A DNA stretch of 64,000 bases from Mobula hypostoma (lineage: Eukaryota). This document shows, in pieces, positions 48,246-61,042 of this stretch. Each line of letters starts with the position of its first letter. The first letter of the stretch is position 1. Both the position numbers and the translations under genes were made by a program. The notes beneath the pieces are model-generated. The model ran no database searches, had not been told where the DNA came from, and worked only from the letters and a program-made list of their open reading frames with translations. The stretch covers positions 67,830,001-67,894,000 of the forward strand of contig NC_086097.1 in the NCBI RefSeq assembly GCF_963921235.1. Reading direction: 5' to 3'.

Positions 48246-49925
48246 CACAATTTTAATTCATTTTTGAGACTATACAGTAATATAATAAATTTGATTTATA
48301 TCGTTTACATGGGCTACAGAGCTTTCATCATCCCGTATTAAATTCTTTGATCCAATAATAGGGTGCATTTTACTTTGTGTAAGACAGATCCTAGTGAATC
48401 AATAGCCTTTTTTTTCGTGATTTCATTCAGCAGAGGGTTAAACATCAAAAAAACAGAATTATTCTTAATTCTCTTCAGCTTCTAGTAAGAATGGGAGTGG
48501 GTATCAACAGTGTTCCATATACCATTTACTCACCTGTAAGAGAGGAATGATTCTAGCATTACAGGAATGTCCCTGCAGGTATAAAAGTGGATTGCTGCAA
48601 CCAGAAACAGGAACATCAACTGACCTAGCTTTAATGCCTGCAATATGATTTCATACTTCACGATTTCATACTAAATGATAAAGACTCTTATGTTGGTGGG
48701 ATCAGACACCCAAGGCTTATTATCTGACGGTCGGTAAAAGGGAGCCCTTTCCATTAGAAGTAATGGAATGTGTCTGCACTCAACTTGAACGGTTTATCAG
48801 GGATCTCACAAAAATTAGACATTTCTCATTTAAAGTAAGTCACAGCTTCAAATTCAGAGGCAGTATGCAGCAAGTTAATAACATTAATCCATTAGGAACC
48901 AAGGAAGAGAGCCCAAAGCCCTATTTTCATATACCCCTTGTCTCAAAAAATAACAACAGTGATACAAAGAGAATGGAATAACCTTATTGTTATTAAACAT
49001 ATACAAAAAAAAGACTACAAATAGTACAAGAGTAATAGATTTCCAATCTCTTGATATAGTTAATGTTGGCCATCTTATTCAGAAATAACTGAGAAGGATA
49101 ACAATTTTATTTTATGGCATGTGTAGTTTCTTTAACAGAAACAGACAGGACATTTTCATATTTAAAAGTCTAAATAATAAGTTGGGCATAGGTTCTGCAA
49201 TTCTACAGAGATTGCAAAACATCAGAAAATACTTAATTCTGACTAGACTGACTTGAGAACAGGCCTTTGACAAAGCATTTGTATGTGCTGAGTATTTGGG
49301 TGTAAGATATGAAGGAAAAGGTAACAATCAAATTTACTTTATCAGATATAAAACAAACAGGAAAGCACTAAAAGAAACTGTGATTTCAAAACATGATAAT
49401 AAAAGAAATGACAAAGTAGGATCCAGCCTATTTGCAGAAAGCAAACATTAAAATAGTTATTTACTCGTGGGCATACAGCCAGGGTTATTCAGTGTGAGGC
49501 TACATACTGAATCCTAATGCTAGGTTCAGAGATACAGATCAATGAGTCTCAAAAGAATATTTCTCTCAATCTCTGTGCATTCATTAGTTCCCACCTAGAG
49601 CTTGTTTATGGCTAGTTAACTCTTTAACACAGGCGAAAGCAACAGTGGAAGGGCCACTGGGACATCCCGTCTTCCCAGCTGCACTTGAGCTGTCAATAAT
49701 TTCTGCAACACAGTGTTCAAACAGGTTAGGCTAATGGCTAAACAGAAGGTACTTGTGGGGTTTGCAAATCTTAACTAACTGGAGAGTGGCTAAGTGGTCA
49801 TGTGTGAAAAGGCTGAGCAGTTAGCTTGTCTGAATACCGAAGTGCACAATCTATTGTTTGAAATAATATCAGCAAATCGGAGAACAGCGTTTCTTGGTTA
49901 GAAGAGTGTCTCTAAATCAACTTCT

Positions 49926-50172
49926 TGTTATGTACTTAATATTTAAATAATATTTGAATAATCTTGTGTATATATATAGGTCTATTAAGTATTCTTATTT
50001 GCATAAATAACTCATTATGAGTTATATATAAATATGAATTACATACGTAATCAAGCGACCACGTGATAGTGCATGCCTCGCTTAAAGTAAAGAATGAAGT
50101 TAAACCCGCATTCCTGGAGTTCCATTTCTTCCTTTGAATTAGTTTAATGTTTTAAAGTTATAAAACATAAAG
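49926..50172 (+). repeat. 5' LTR
   Basis: Direct repeat of 53865-54144 (shared GCTTAAAGTAAA, TTTGAATTAGTTTAAT, AAAACATAA). Confidence 0.85.
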
Positions 50173-50461
50173 GTGGTGCCGAGGTATTTTTAAGACAAAC
50201 CAAAGCCGACTATCGACCCACTGAAGTGCAGCAAGACGTTCAAACTGAAAAAAAAATGTAGCAAGGAGCGATGAGTAAAAACTGCAGCCCAGCATGTGCA
50301 GAGACAGTCGAGTTAATGAAAAAGAGGCAGCAGAGCACATGTTCTTTTGAAGGGAAGACATGGTCGAGTACACTATTTAAAAAAAGGCAGAAAATGGAAG
50401 AATTCACAGATTCATAAAGAGTGAGCACCAGGTGATAAAAATCATAAAAATAGGAGCAGAA

Positions 50462-51660
50462 ATGGCTAGCTACATTGGGAAGATTGACATGTTTAATTGC
50501 ATAACAGATAAGTGCATTTTATATACTGAGCAGATTGAACAGTATTTTGAAGCAAATAAAATAGCCAATGAGAAGCAAGTACTAATTTTGCTAGGCGCAT
50601 TGGGTTCAAAGGCATACAGTTTGCTTCAAAGCTTAACTGCTCCAATCAAGCCAACAAATATGAGCTTTGCTAATATTGTCAAAGTATTGCAGGAACATTT
50701 AGAACCAAACCTATTGTTGATTGTAGAATGCTTTAGGTTTCATAAGCAGAATGAGAAACAAGAAGAGTCCATTTCAGCGTAGATGACTGAACTGAAGAGA
50801 TTGGCTGAGCATCGTCAGTTCAGTAATGAGCTTTAAGAGACACTAAGAGATTGTTTAGTTTGTGGAATCTCACAAGAAACCATTCATGAAAAGCCCCTGA
50901 CTGAAACACAACTTGCATTTAAAAGAGCAGTTGAAATTGCTGTTTCAATAGAAACCATAGACAGAGACGCAATTAAGTTGCAGACAGGAATAAAAGTGAG
51001 TACGAACAAAATTGCAACTAAACAAAAACCAGCCTGGCCGAACAAATCTTGTCACCATTGTGGCAGAGGCTCACATACCACCAGACCACTGCAGAATTAA
51101 AGGTGAAACTTGTTAAAAAAATGCAACAAAGTAGGACACATACAAAGAGTTTGTTGGGCAGACAAAATAAATGGACTGCACGGAGAAGAGAAAAAGATAT
51201 AAAGCCAAGTTGCCATTTCAAAAAGAACACTAATTTGCATGCTATTGATGAGAAACCTGATAATGATGAGAGTAACACAGGACTGTATAGATTTGAGATT
51301 TACAATGTGAAAATTAACAATAGGCAAGCAATATGGCTTACACCAGAAGTGAACACTGACTCAGCTGTTTCAGTCATTCCACAAAATGAGTTTGAGAGGC
51401 ATTTCAAAGATACTAAACTGAAGCTTGCAGATATCCAACTAAGAACTTGTATTAGAGAAAAGATAACTCCTGTAGAAATGACATTTGTGACAGCGAAATA
51501 CAACATCCAACAAGTCATATTGAGCTTGTATGTAGTAAAAACAGGAGGAGCAGCATTGTGTGGACACGAGTGGCTGAGACAACTACAACATGATTGGAGA
51601 TCCATCCACCATTTGCATGCCACATTCCTTGCAGTGAAGCTAATTGGAAGTGAATTAAGA
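50462..51660 (+). pseudogene. Gypsy gag-protease pseudogene
   Basis: EQYFEAN, GSKAYSLL, EHLEP..FRFH, LRDCLVCG, CCHC knuckle remnants near 51045-51155, TDSAVSVI (DTG-like protease). Confidence 0.85.
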
Positions 51661-51718
51661 TGATACCACAACTATCTCCATGCCGAACACCATGAACCAT
51701 TGCCCAGAGGACAAACAG

Positions 51719-52065
51719 GTGTTGGTGCCAACTTCAGTGCTTTTGGCTGGAAAGCATATCGAACTGAGGAAGTACCTCAGAGGAAGCATGATCGTGACAA
51801 AAGCAGTGGTCCAACTACAACAGTTTTAGGAGGCAGCATATCTGTGAAAGCTTCTGATGTGTTAATCGGGCAGTTAATTGCAAAATGTGGCTTGGTTTTA
51901 AGCCGGAAGGGAGTTCAAGGAGCTTCAGGGAAGTTGCAAGCATTCTCCTTTTGTGAGTATAAAGCACCAGAATTTACTCTGCGTGCATTACAGTTATTGC
52001 AAGAACAACAAGTACGAGACAAAAGTATGCTTGTAAAAGTAGATGTGAAGATCAATGCCCAGCTG
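51719..52065 (+). pseudogene. RBM25: Processed retrocopy fragment of RNA-binding motif protein 25 (RRM domain)
   Basis: VLVPTSVLLAGKH, then after a frameshift GPTTTVLGGSISVKASDVLIGQLIAKCGLVLSRKGVQGASGKLQAFSFCEYKAPEFTLRALQLL..LVKVDVKINAQL; matches the recalled RBM25 sequence GPTTTVFVGNISEKASDMLIRQLLAKCGLVLSWKRVQGASGKLQAFGFCEYKEPESTLRALRLL..LVKVDAKTKAQL. Confidence 0.9.
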
Positions 52066-53678
52066 TGTGGCTAGGCATAGCTCAAATACCATCTATAAAT
52101 TTGCTGATGATACAGCCATTATTGGTAGAATCTCAGGTGGTGACGAGAGGACGTACAGGAGTGAGATATGCCAACTTGTGGAGTGGTGCCGCAGCAACAA
52201 CCTGGCACTCAACGTCAGAAGACGAAAGAGCTGATTGTGGACCTCAGGAAGGGTAAGACGAAGACATACCAATCCTCAAAGAGGGATCGAAAGTGGAGAG
52301 AGTGAGCAGTTTCAAGTTCCTGGGTGTCAAGATCTCTGAGGATCTAACCTGGTCCCAACATATTGATGCAGTTATAAAGAAGGCAAGACAGTGGCTATAC
52401 TTTATTAGGAGCTTGAAGAGATTTGGTATGTCAACAAATACACTTAAAATCTTCTATAGATGTACCGTGGAGAGCATTCTGACAGGCTGCATCACTGTCT
52501 GGTATGGGGTGGGGTGTGGCTACTGCACAGGATCGAAAGAAGCTTCAGAGGGTCGTAAATTTAGTCGGCTCTATCTTGGGTACTAGCCTACAAAGTACCC
52601 AGGACATCTTCAGGGAGCGGTGTCTCAGAAAGGCAGCGTCCATTATTAAGGACCTCCAGCACCCAGGGTGTGCCCTTTTCTCACTGTTACCATCAGGTAG
52701 GAGATACAGAAGCCTGAAGGCACACACTCAGTGATTCAGGAACAGCTTCTTCCCCTCTGTCATCCGATTCCTAAATGGGCATTGAGGCTTTGGACACTAC
52801 CTCACTTTTAGATTAGATTAGATTATGAGGACACGCAGTCCTCTTTTGTTGTCATTTAGTAATGCATGCATTAAGAAATGATACAATGTTTCTCCAGAAT
52901 GATTATCACAGAAACACATGACAAACTGACTGAAAAACTGACAAAAACCACATAATTATAACATATAGTTACAACAGTGCAAAGCAATACCGTAATTTGA
53001 TAAAGAACAGACCATGGCACAGTAAAAAGTCTCAAAGTCTCTCGAAAGTCCCATCATCTCACGCAGACGGTGAACCTCCAGCACCACAAACTTTCCGATG
53101 CAGCATCCTGGAAGCATCCGACCACAGTCCGACTCCGAGTCCATCCAAAAACTCCAAGCCTCCAACCAGCTCTCTGACACCGAGCACCAAGCACCATCTC
53201 TGCCGAGCGCTTCGACCCCGGCCCCGGCAACAGGCAATAGGCAAAGCTGAGGATTTGGGGCCTTCCCCTCCGGAGATTCTCGATTGCACATTAGCAGCAG
53301 CAGCGAAGCGGGCACTTCAGAAGTTTCTCCAGGTGTTCCTCCATGCTTCTCACGGCTGTCTCCATCAAATCAGGATTGTGCATGGCCCCTAGTTACACAT
53401 ATGATATCATTCGGAACGGGCGTGTGCGTTCCAATATACTTTTAAAACATACTATACTTTTTAAAACATATATAGTATTTCTGTTTTTTGCACAATGTTT
53501 AATCTATTCAATATATTGTATAAAGTATACTGAATAAGATTTACTTATTTATTATTACTACCATTATTATTTTATTTTTTTCTTCTACATTATGTACTGA
53601 ATTGAATTGCTGCTACTAAGTTAACAAATTTCACGTCACATGCCAGTGATAATAAACCTAACTCTGATTCTGATTCTG
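52063..53678 (+). mobile_element. 5'-truncated Rex1/Babar-type LINE (interrupted at 52811-53437)
   Basis: CVARHSSNTIYKFADDT, ERVSSFKFLGV, FYRCTVESILTGCITVWYG, HPGCALFSLLPSGRRYRS; tail AATAAA..(GATTCT)n. Confidence 0.9.
52811..53437 (-). mobile_element. Non-autonomous CpG-rich retroposon with (AATCT)n tail
   Basis: GATTAGATTAGATT tail at the left end; candidate TSD ACTTTTA at 52804-52810 and 53438-53444; the host LINE 3' UTR resumes after it. Confidence 0.7.
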
Positions 53679-53864
53679 AAGATGTTATCCCACAAGGGTA
53701 AGAAAGCCTCTACGGCAATTAAATCTTTAGGCCTGACTGGGAGTATTTAAAATTACTATGTGTGGACATCGTCTGTATATAGTGGTTGTATTAAATAGCA
53801 TACTGTGTATCAAGTTGAGATACATTCTATATGGAGTTGGAATTTATAGCTAAGCAGGGAGGAG

Positions 53865-54144
53865 TAAAGTGCATTCAATATTTAAGTAGTATTTGAGTTT
53901 AAAAAAAAATATATATATATACACACACACACACCAAGCATTCCTGCTTGTATAAATAATTCATTATGAGATATACATATACACACACAAATACACATAC
54001 ACATGAATTGCATATATGTCATCACGCTACCACATGATAAGTGCACGTCTTGCTTAAAGTAAATTACAAAATTAGACCTACATTCCTAGACTCCTGTGTC
54101 TTCTTTTGAATTAGTTTAATATTTTGAAGTTACAAAACATAACA
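53865..54144 (+). repeat. 3' LTR (with TA/CA microsatellite expansion)
   Basis: Follows the PPT; diverged direct repeat of the 5' LTR; ends TAACA. Confidence 0.85.
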
Positions 54145-55990
54145 CTTCTAACATATTGGCTTCTCTTCCATTTAATCTGCCACAATAAGTGTGATTATTT
54201 TTCTACTATAAACTTGTTTTCCATATTCCCTCTATTTCTTCCTCTTGGCAATGCAGGTCACCAGTGAAGTAACCCTGTTGTAATCTATACAGGCTGCTGA
54301 GCAAGTGACACGAGTACCAAGGTGGCTGTGGCTCCAGTTACCTCTTCCTCTCTACAGTGGCTGACTTGAAACGAGCACTTCTGCACACTTACTGTTATCA
54401 TTTGTACTGAAAGCAGAATAATGGGCCCAATGACTAGATCCAAAAACTGCAGAGTCCACTGTACCACTGAGGATGAATAGGGAAGAATTCATCACAACCA
54501 AAATTAGTGTTTTATTTTCAATGAGCCAACACTTCTCTTACTAAGCACATCAGCTTATTATTTTCAGGTATAATGTTTGTGTAAGCTTTCTACTGAACTT
54601 CAGTCACTGAAAGGATCCTTCCAAGCAGGCTTATGTTTCAAATGTGGAAAACTGTCCTGTTGCTGTACTGTTCTGAAAAAAAAACCTTTTAAGAATCATC
54701 ATTCATGATCTCTTTAAGGATCAGTGATCAGGCCTTTTGAACACCTGCAGATAACCAAATGTGCAAGTACTTAACATGCTCAACCACCTCTCTGAAAATT
54801 GTTTTGGAGATTCTACAACCAATTTAGGATATCAATTTGCATCTTCAAACAGATTACAACATGGAATTCCACTAAATGGCAATTTAAATGAATAATCAAG
54901 GTCTCCACCAGATTTTACGTGGCTTGTTTCCATTTTCCAGCTGTGAAAAAGGAAGCAGATATGCTACTTATGGACTCAGCACAATAATGTTCCACAAAAT
55001 ACCATCATTATGCTGAGAAAGGTTCTGTGTCGGTGTAGAAACTTCCCAAATATTGTGAGCAGCAACAAAGTAAATGGTAACAGAAAAGAGTGATATCATG
55101 TTTTTCATGTAGAGTGCATGGATGAATTTGAATCAGCTGTTCTGGACAATTGGAGTTTCATTTGAAATTCAGTAGTGTTTAAGGAGCTGATTGGCTGGGG
55201 GTCAGGAATCAGGTGTAGGTACCGTTTGTCTGAGGTACTAATTCTTCCCCTTATTCTTCCATCTGTCAGGTGTAACTTCTTATGAAGTTCAAAATCACAA
55301 AAAATAGAGTAAACAGTACTTTTGCTTTTTCAGTTCTATGTGTTACTCTGCAAAGTGTCATTGGCAAACAGAGGAATCCCAACAGATACATACTATTTGA
55401 ATCCTCTGTCTATCTCCACATGCCAATGTTGAAGGATGTTTCCATCTGGTTGCTCTTACAGTCAACAAATGCTTTGCTATTAAAAATTGGAGTTTAAATG
55501 AAGGTACTAGGCAGTGAACGGCAACAAAATGTGCATATTCTGAATGTATAACACCACTCTAACAGTAACCAGCTGGCATGTTGGCAAGCAATCAGGTCCT
55601 CTCATTGAAACATTGATTCAGAGAGTAATTTTAACACAATATACCAAACAATTGTAACAGCTGTTCTTGCAATGATCAGCTAGAAATTTCATTCCGTTAG
55701 TGGAAAAAAATACAGAGAAAGTCAGAACAAGAATTTAGTCTTGATGTGATGAGACTTTGATTGGAGAAGCGACAGTAGTCAGTGAGATTGTGTACGTGGT
55801 GGCAGCTCATCTGCGCCATCTTTCTCTCGTCTATTCTCCAGCATGCTTTCCTGACGTGACAAAGAAATCAAGTTATCACCCTGGACAGCTAAACACCGAG
55901 TCTGTCAAGGTCATTTTCCACTTGTGATACGAGTTAGATCAAAACATAACTCTTACTGCAAATAGAAAAGATGAATGCTAAAATTCTATC

Positions 55991-58900
55991 AGACACTGTC
56001 TGCAGCTTTTTGCAGTCTTTGGCAGAGCAATTGCCATGACAAGCCATGATGCATCTGTATAGGGTGCATGCTATGGTACATCTATAAAAATTAGCGTCGT
56101 AAGAGTCATAAAGAAGTACGGCACAGAAACAGGCCCTTTGGCCCATCTTGTCTGTGCCAAACCATTTAAACTGCCTACCTCACCGACTAGCATCAGGACC
56201 ATAGCCCCCAATATCCCTAACATCCATTTACTTATCCAAACTTCTCCTAAACATTGAAATTGAGCTTGCATGCACCACCTGTGCTGGCAGCTTGTTCCAC
56301 ACTCTCACGACCCTCTGAGTAAGGATGTTTCCCTTCATGTTCCCTTAAACTTTTTCACCTTTCACCCTTAACACATGACCTCTAGTTGTTGTCCCACCCA
56401 ACCTCAGTGGAAAAAACCTGTGTGCATTTACCCTGTCTATACCCTTCATAATTTTGTATACCTCTATCAAATCTCCTCTCAATCTTCTACATTCCAAGGA
56501 ATAAAGTCCTAACCTATTCAATCTTTTCTTCTAACTCAAGTCCTCCAGACCCGGCAATATCCTTCTAAATTTTCTCTGTACTCTTTCAACCTTACTTACA
56601 TCTTTCCTGTAGGTAGGCAACCAAAACTACACACAATACTTCAAATTAGGCCTCACCAATGTCTTATACAACTTCAAAATAACATCCCATTTCCTGTACT
56701 CAATACCTTAATTTATGAAGGCCAATGTGCCAAAAGCTTCCTTCACGATTCTGTCTGCCTGTGACACCACCTTCAATGAGTTATGGACCTGTATTCCTAG
56801 ATCCCTTTGTTCTACCACAGTCCTCAATATGCTAGAACACTGTGTATGGCCTACACTGGTTGGTTCTACTGAAGTGCAGTGCCTCATACTTGTCTGCATT
56901 AAATTCCATCCACCATTTTACAGTCCATTATTCTAGTGGACCCAGATCCCTCTGCAAGCCACGACAGCCTTCCTCGCTATCCACTACACTCTCAGTCTTG
57001 GTGTCATCCGCAAATTGTTGATACAGATGACAAACAACAATGGACCCAGCACCGATCCCTGTGGCACTCCACTACTCACAGGTCCACAAAGCCAACGTCT
57101 AATCCAATTTACTGCCTCATCTTGAATGCTGAGCGACTAAACTTTATTGACCACCTCCCATGCAGGAACTTGTCAAATGCCTTGCGAAAGTCCATGGAGA
57201 CAACATCGACTGCCTTGTCTTCATCAACTTTCCTGGTAACTTCCTCGAAAAACTCTATATGACTGGTACATAATAGCTGTCATGCATGAAGCCCTGCTGA
57301 CCATTCTTAATCAATCCATGTCTACACAAATCCTACTACTGATGACAGGCTCATGAACAGCAGAACAACATTCGCTATCCTCCAATCCTCTGGTACCTCA
57401 CCTATACCCGTCGCAAAGGATGATATAAATATCTCCGCTAGGGCTCTGCAGTTTCTGCCCTTGCCTCCTGCAGGGTCCGAGAAAACACTGTGCCAGGCCC
57501 TGGGAAATTATCCATCATAATTTGCCTCAGAAAAGCAAACACCTCCTCTTCTGTAATCTGTATAGGGTCCATGAAATTGATGCCATTTTGCCTCACTTCT
57601 ATAGAGACTGTGTCCATCTCCTCGGCAAATAGAGATGCAAAAAATTTATTTAAGACCTCCCCCATCTCTTTTGGCTCCACCCCATGGATTACCATTCTGA
57701 TTTTACAGAGGACCAATTTTGTCCCTTGCAATCCTTTTGCTCTTAACATATCTGTAGAATTCCTAGGGATTCTCCTTCAGCTTGTCTGCTGAGGCAACTT
57801 CATGCCTTCTTTTACAGATGGTCTGTAATATAACCCCATTAACATGTTTTCTCAGTTCCACCCATAACGTCTCACTAGCCAAATTCTCCACTCTGCCCTG
57901 ACTGAGCACTGTTATGACATTTACCCTGACTAGTAACGCCACCCTTTAATCTCTCCTGCTCTGTCGCATCTAAAACAATGGAACCCCGGAAGACTGAGCT
58001 GCCAGTCCTGCCCCTCCTGTAACTACATCTCACTAATGGCTACAATATCATAATTCTAGTTGTTGATTCATGCCTTTCCTACGATAATTCTTGCATTGGA
58101 ATATACTCAACTTAGGACAACAGTTGCACTATGCTCAAACTTTTGGTTCCTGACTTTGCCTGAAGTCTTAACTCGAAAACCTACCCACTGGGATAAACTT
58201 CCCTGGAAGAAAGCCCAATGATCCAAAAATCTTATGCCCTCCCTCCTACACCAACTCCTTAGCCACCTGTTAAACTGTATAACGTTTCTGGCCTCAATAG
58301 CATGTGGCACGGGTAGCAATCCTGAGATCACAATCTTGAAGGTCCTGCCCTTGAACTTAGCACCCAACTCTCTGAACTCTCTTTGCAGAACCTTGTCATT
58401 CTTCCTACCTGTGTCATTGGTACCTACATGGACCATAACCTCGAGTTCTTCATCTCCCCCCGCCCCCCCCCCCCATTAAGTATGCTGAGGACTTGATCCG
58501 AAATGCCCCTGACCCCAGGCATTGGAGAGGCAACATTCCGGGAAAGATTCCGGGAATCTTGTTCATGCCCACAGAACCGCCTTTCTGTTTCCCTAACTAA
58601 TAAATCCTCTATCACCACAGTTCGCCTCTTCTTCCCCCCCACCCCCACTTCCTTTCTGAGTCACAGACCAGAATCAGTGTCAGAGACTGCTGTGAATTTC
58701 TCGGCAAGGTCATTCCCCCTCCCCCCAACAGTATCCAAAATGGTATACCTGCTGTTGAGGGAGATGACCACAGGGGTTCTCTGCTCTGGCTGTTTAACCC
58801 CTTTCTGACTGTCACCCAGATTCCTGTGTCATGCATCTTGGGTGTAATTAGCTCTCTTTATGTCCAATCTATTACCTGAGCCTCCTGAATGATCTGGAGT

Positions 58901-59990
58901 TCATCCAGTTTCAGATCCAACTCCTTAACGCAGAGTATTAAAAGCTGCACCTGGATGCACTTCTCGCAGGTGTAGTTGTCAGGGACACTGGAGGTCTCCC
59001 TGCCATCCCACGTCCAGCAAGAGGAGCTTTCCACTATCCTGCTTGGCATTGATACTGTTCTCACTCAGCAGATATAAAGAAGGAAAACAATAAACTGTGG
59101 GTTTAAGGAAACTCTATCTGCATCCTTTTTTACCTTCTCTCACTCAAGCCTCACCTCAGTAAAGGCTCAAAATCCCCTCTCTAAATCTGTCCACTACAAT
59201 AATGGCAACTATGACAATAGCCGATCCACTTGCTTCTGCCTTATTTGAATTTGTTCTTGCCAATCAACCCCAAATGCTGATTGGCTGCTGCTCCATGCTT
59301 CACACTGTCGCGAGTTGCTGCCTTTTCTACTCAACTGACCAACCTGAGGGAACCATGTCTTCTCAGGTTTCTGATCTCTTTAACTGGACACTGTTCAAAG
59401 CCTTCAGTTGATAAGGGGCAAAAGGGACATGCTGAAATTTTTAGCGCTCTGGGGAAGTAGAGGTACTGGTGCACTTTCTTGGCCATGGTGTCAATGTGGT
59501 TGTATCTGGACAAGCTTTTGGTAATGCTTACATCTGTGAACTTGAAGCTCACATCCTCAGGACCATGGCATAAACAAGAGTGTGTGCATTGTCTCACTTC
59601 CTGATGTCAATGACAAGCTGACTTTGATGGACATAACGTCATGTCACTAAGCTCTCATCCTCCTTCCTGTACTCTAATTCATCATTATTTGAGATTTGGC
59701 CCACTACAGTGCACAGCCATCCACAAACTTGTAGATGGAGTTCAAGCAGAATCCGGCCACACAGTCGTAAGTGTACAGGGAGTAGAGTAAGGGGGATGAG
59801 GCACCAGAATCAGGTTTAATATCAGCAACGTCTGTCGAGAAATTTGTTCACCAGTGTTGGGGATAATCATAGTGGAGGTGTTGCTGCCTAACCTTACTGA
59901 TTATGATCTGCTGGTCAGGAAGTCAAAGATTCAGTTGCAAAGGGAGATGTTGAGTCATAGGGCCAGGAGTATGGAGATGAGTTAAAATAG
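55991..59990 (-). mobile_element. Old Rex1-type LINE fragment (55991-56097 and 59405-59990), split by CR1-E
   Basis: NFYRCTIACTL..HGNCSAKDCKKLQ and HIDTMAKKVHQYLYF on the minus strand; a tiny tail insertion at 59805-59847. Confidence 0.7.
56098..59400 (-). mobile_element. Older CR1 LINE (copy E) with ORF1 and internally deleted ORF2
   Basis: DNYTCEKCIQ zinc finger, VHVGTND esterase, EPKEMGEVLNKFFAS, QRDLGIQVHNSLKV; CR1 tail at 56100-56160. Confidence 0.88.
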
Positions 59991-60397
59991 AATTAGTGGT
60001 ATTTAAGTCAAAGAAAATAGATCCCAATGAGAAAGCATCTTACAAGCTTTCATCCTATTTGGAGATCCCGCTTTTAGAGGTTGAGATTCTTGAGCAAACT
60101 TTGGAAAAACATTGTTGCTGATAATGGTGGTCTCATAACATTAATGCACACAGTGTTTATATATCATGCACATAGTGGAATCACACAAAGCTAAGTGCTG
60201 CAGGATTTCTAATAGTTGTGCCTGGTGCATTTCCTTTAAGCAAGTATTATATCAATATATACAGAATACTCATTATAAGTTATAAACCAATTACCAGGTT
60301 CAATATTGAGACTTGCAATTGAAATCAGTTGGATTTACCAGAAATTTATGACTGGTTTATAATTACACATACTTTTGAGTCTTCTTGTGTTCTGCTA

Positions 60398-60555
60398 CAA
60401 AGTTCAAAGTAAATTTTATTATCAAGGTACAAATATGTCACCATATACAACCCTGAGATTCATTTTCTTGTGGGCATACTCAACAAATCTATAGAATAGT
60501 AACTATAACAGAATCAATGAATGACTACCAAACTTGAGCTTTCAACCAGAGTGCT
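60398..60555 (-). mobile_element. LINE-type 3' tail fragment
   Basis: Reverse strand AAGAAAATGAATCTCAGGGTTGTATATGGTGACAT..GATAATAAAATTTACTTTGAACTT matches 44445-44459 plus 47647-47710. Confidence 0.7.
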
Positions 60556-60579
60556 TAATGTAAAAATAATTTTATTTTG

Positions 60580-60851
60580 ATTTATTTACTTAGCAATACA
60601 GCATGGAGAAAGCCCTTGCAGCCCTTTGAGCCACACTGCCCCAGCAACTCCACAACCTCGATTAACCCTAACCTAATCACGGGACAATTTACAATGACCA
60701 ATTGACCTACCAGTACGTCTTTGGACTGTGGGAGGTAACCAGAACAATCCATGGGATGTACAGAAACTCCTTACTGAATGGCGCTGGAATTGAACTCCGG
60801 GATGCCCTGAGCTGTAATAGCCCTGCACAAACTGCTATGCTGCCATGGTGC
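60580..60851 (-). mobile_element. V-SINE (HE1-like)
   Basis: Same family as 25410-25693 (GGACAATTTACAATGACCAAT, TTTGGACTG, AATTGAACTC). Confidence 0.8.
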
Positions 60852-60890
60852 AAGGTCAGAGATAAGGTAATACAATGACCTTTTAGCCAA

Positions 60891-61042
60891 GCTCCAGAGT
60901 GTCTATTGACATCACTGTAACAACTGAAGAGTTTTAAGTAGACAGCTCTAGAGCGTCTATTGATGCCACTGTAAAAACCGATGAGTTTTAAGTGGACAGC
61001 TTCAGAACGTTTATCGACACCTCTGTGACGGTTAATGAGTTG
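60891..61042. repeat. 54-bp minisatellite, about 2.8 diverged units
   Basis: Units start at 60891, 60945 and 60999 (GCT..AGAG.GTCTATTGA..CACTGT..GA.GAGTTTTAAGT.GACA). Confidence 0.85.

Larger units (their letters stand above)
49926..54144 (+). mobile_element. Internally deleted Gypsy/Ty3 LTR retrotransposon carrying nested insertions
   Basis: TGTTA..TAACA termini; 5-bp TSD CTTCT at 49921-49925 and 54145-54149; PBS-like TGGTGCCGAGG near 50174; PPT AAGCAGGGAGGAG at 53852-53864. Confidence 0.9.

Noticed and set aside
51700..52074. Functional RBM25 gene or exon
   Set aside because: Frameshift near 51775, RNP residues altered (VFVGN->VLGGS, FGF->FSF), truncated and embedded in TEs
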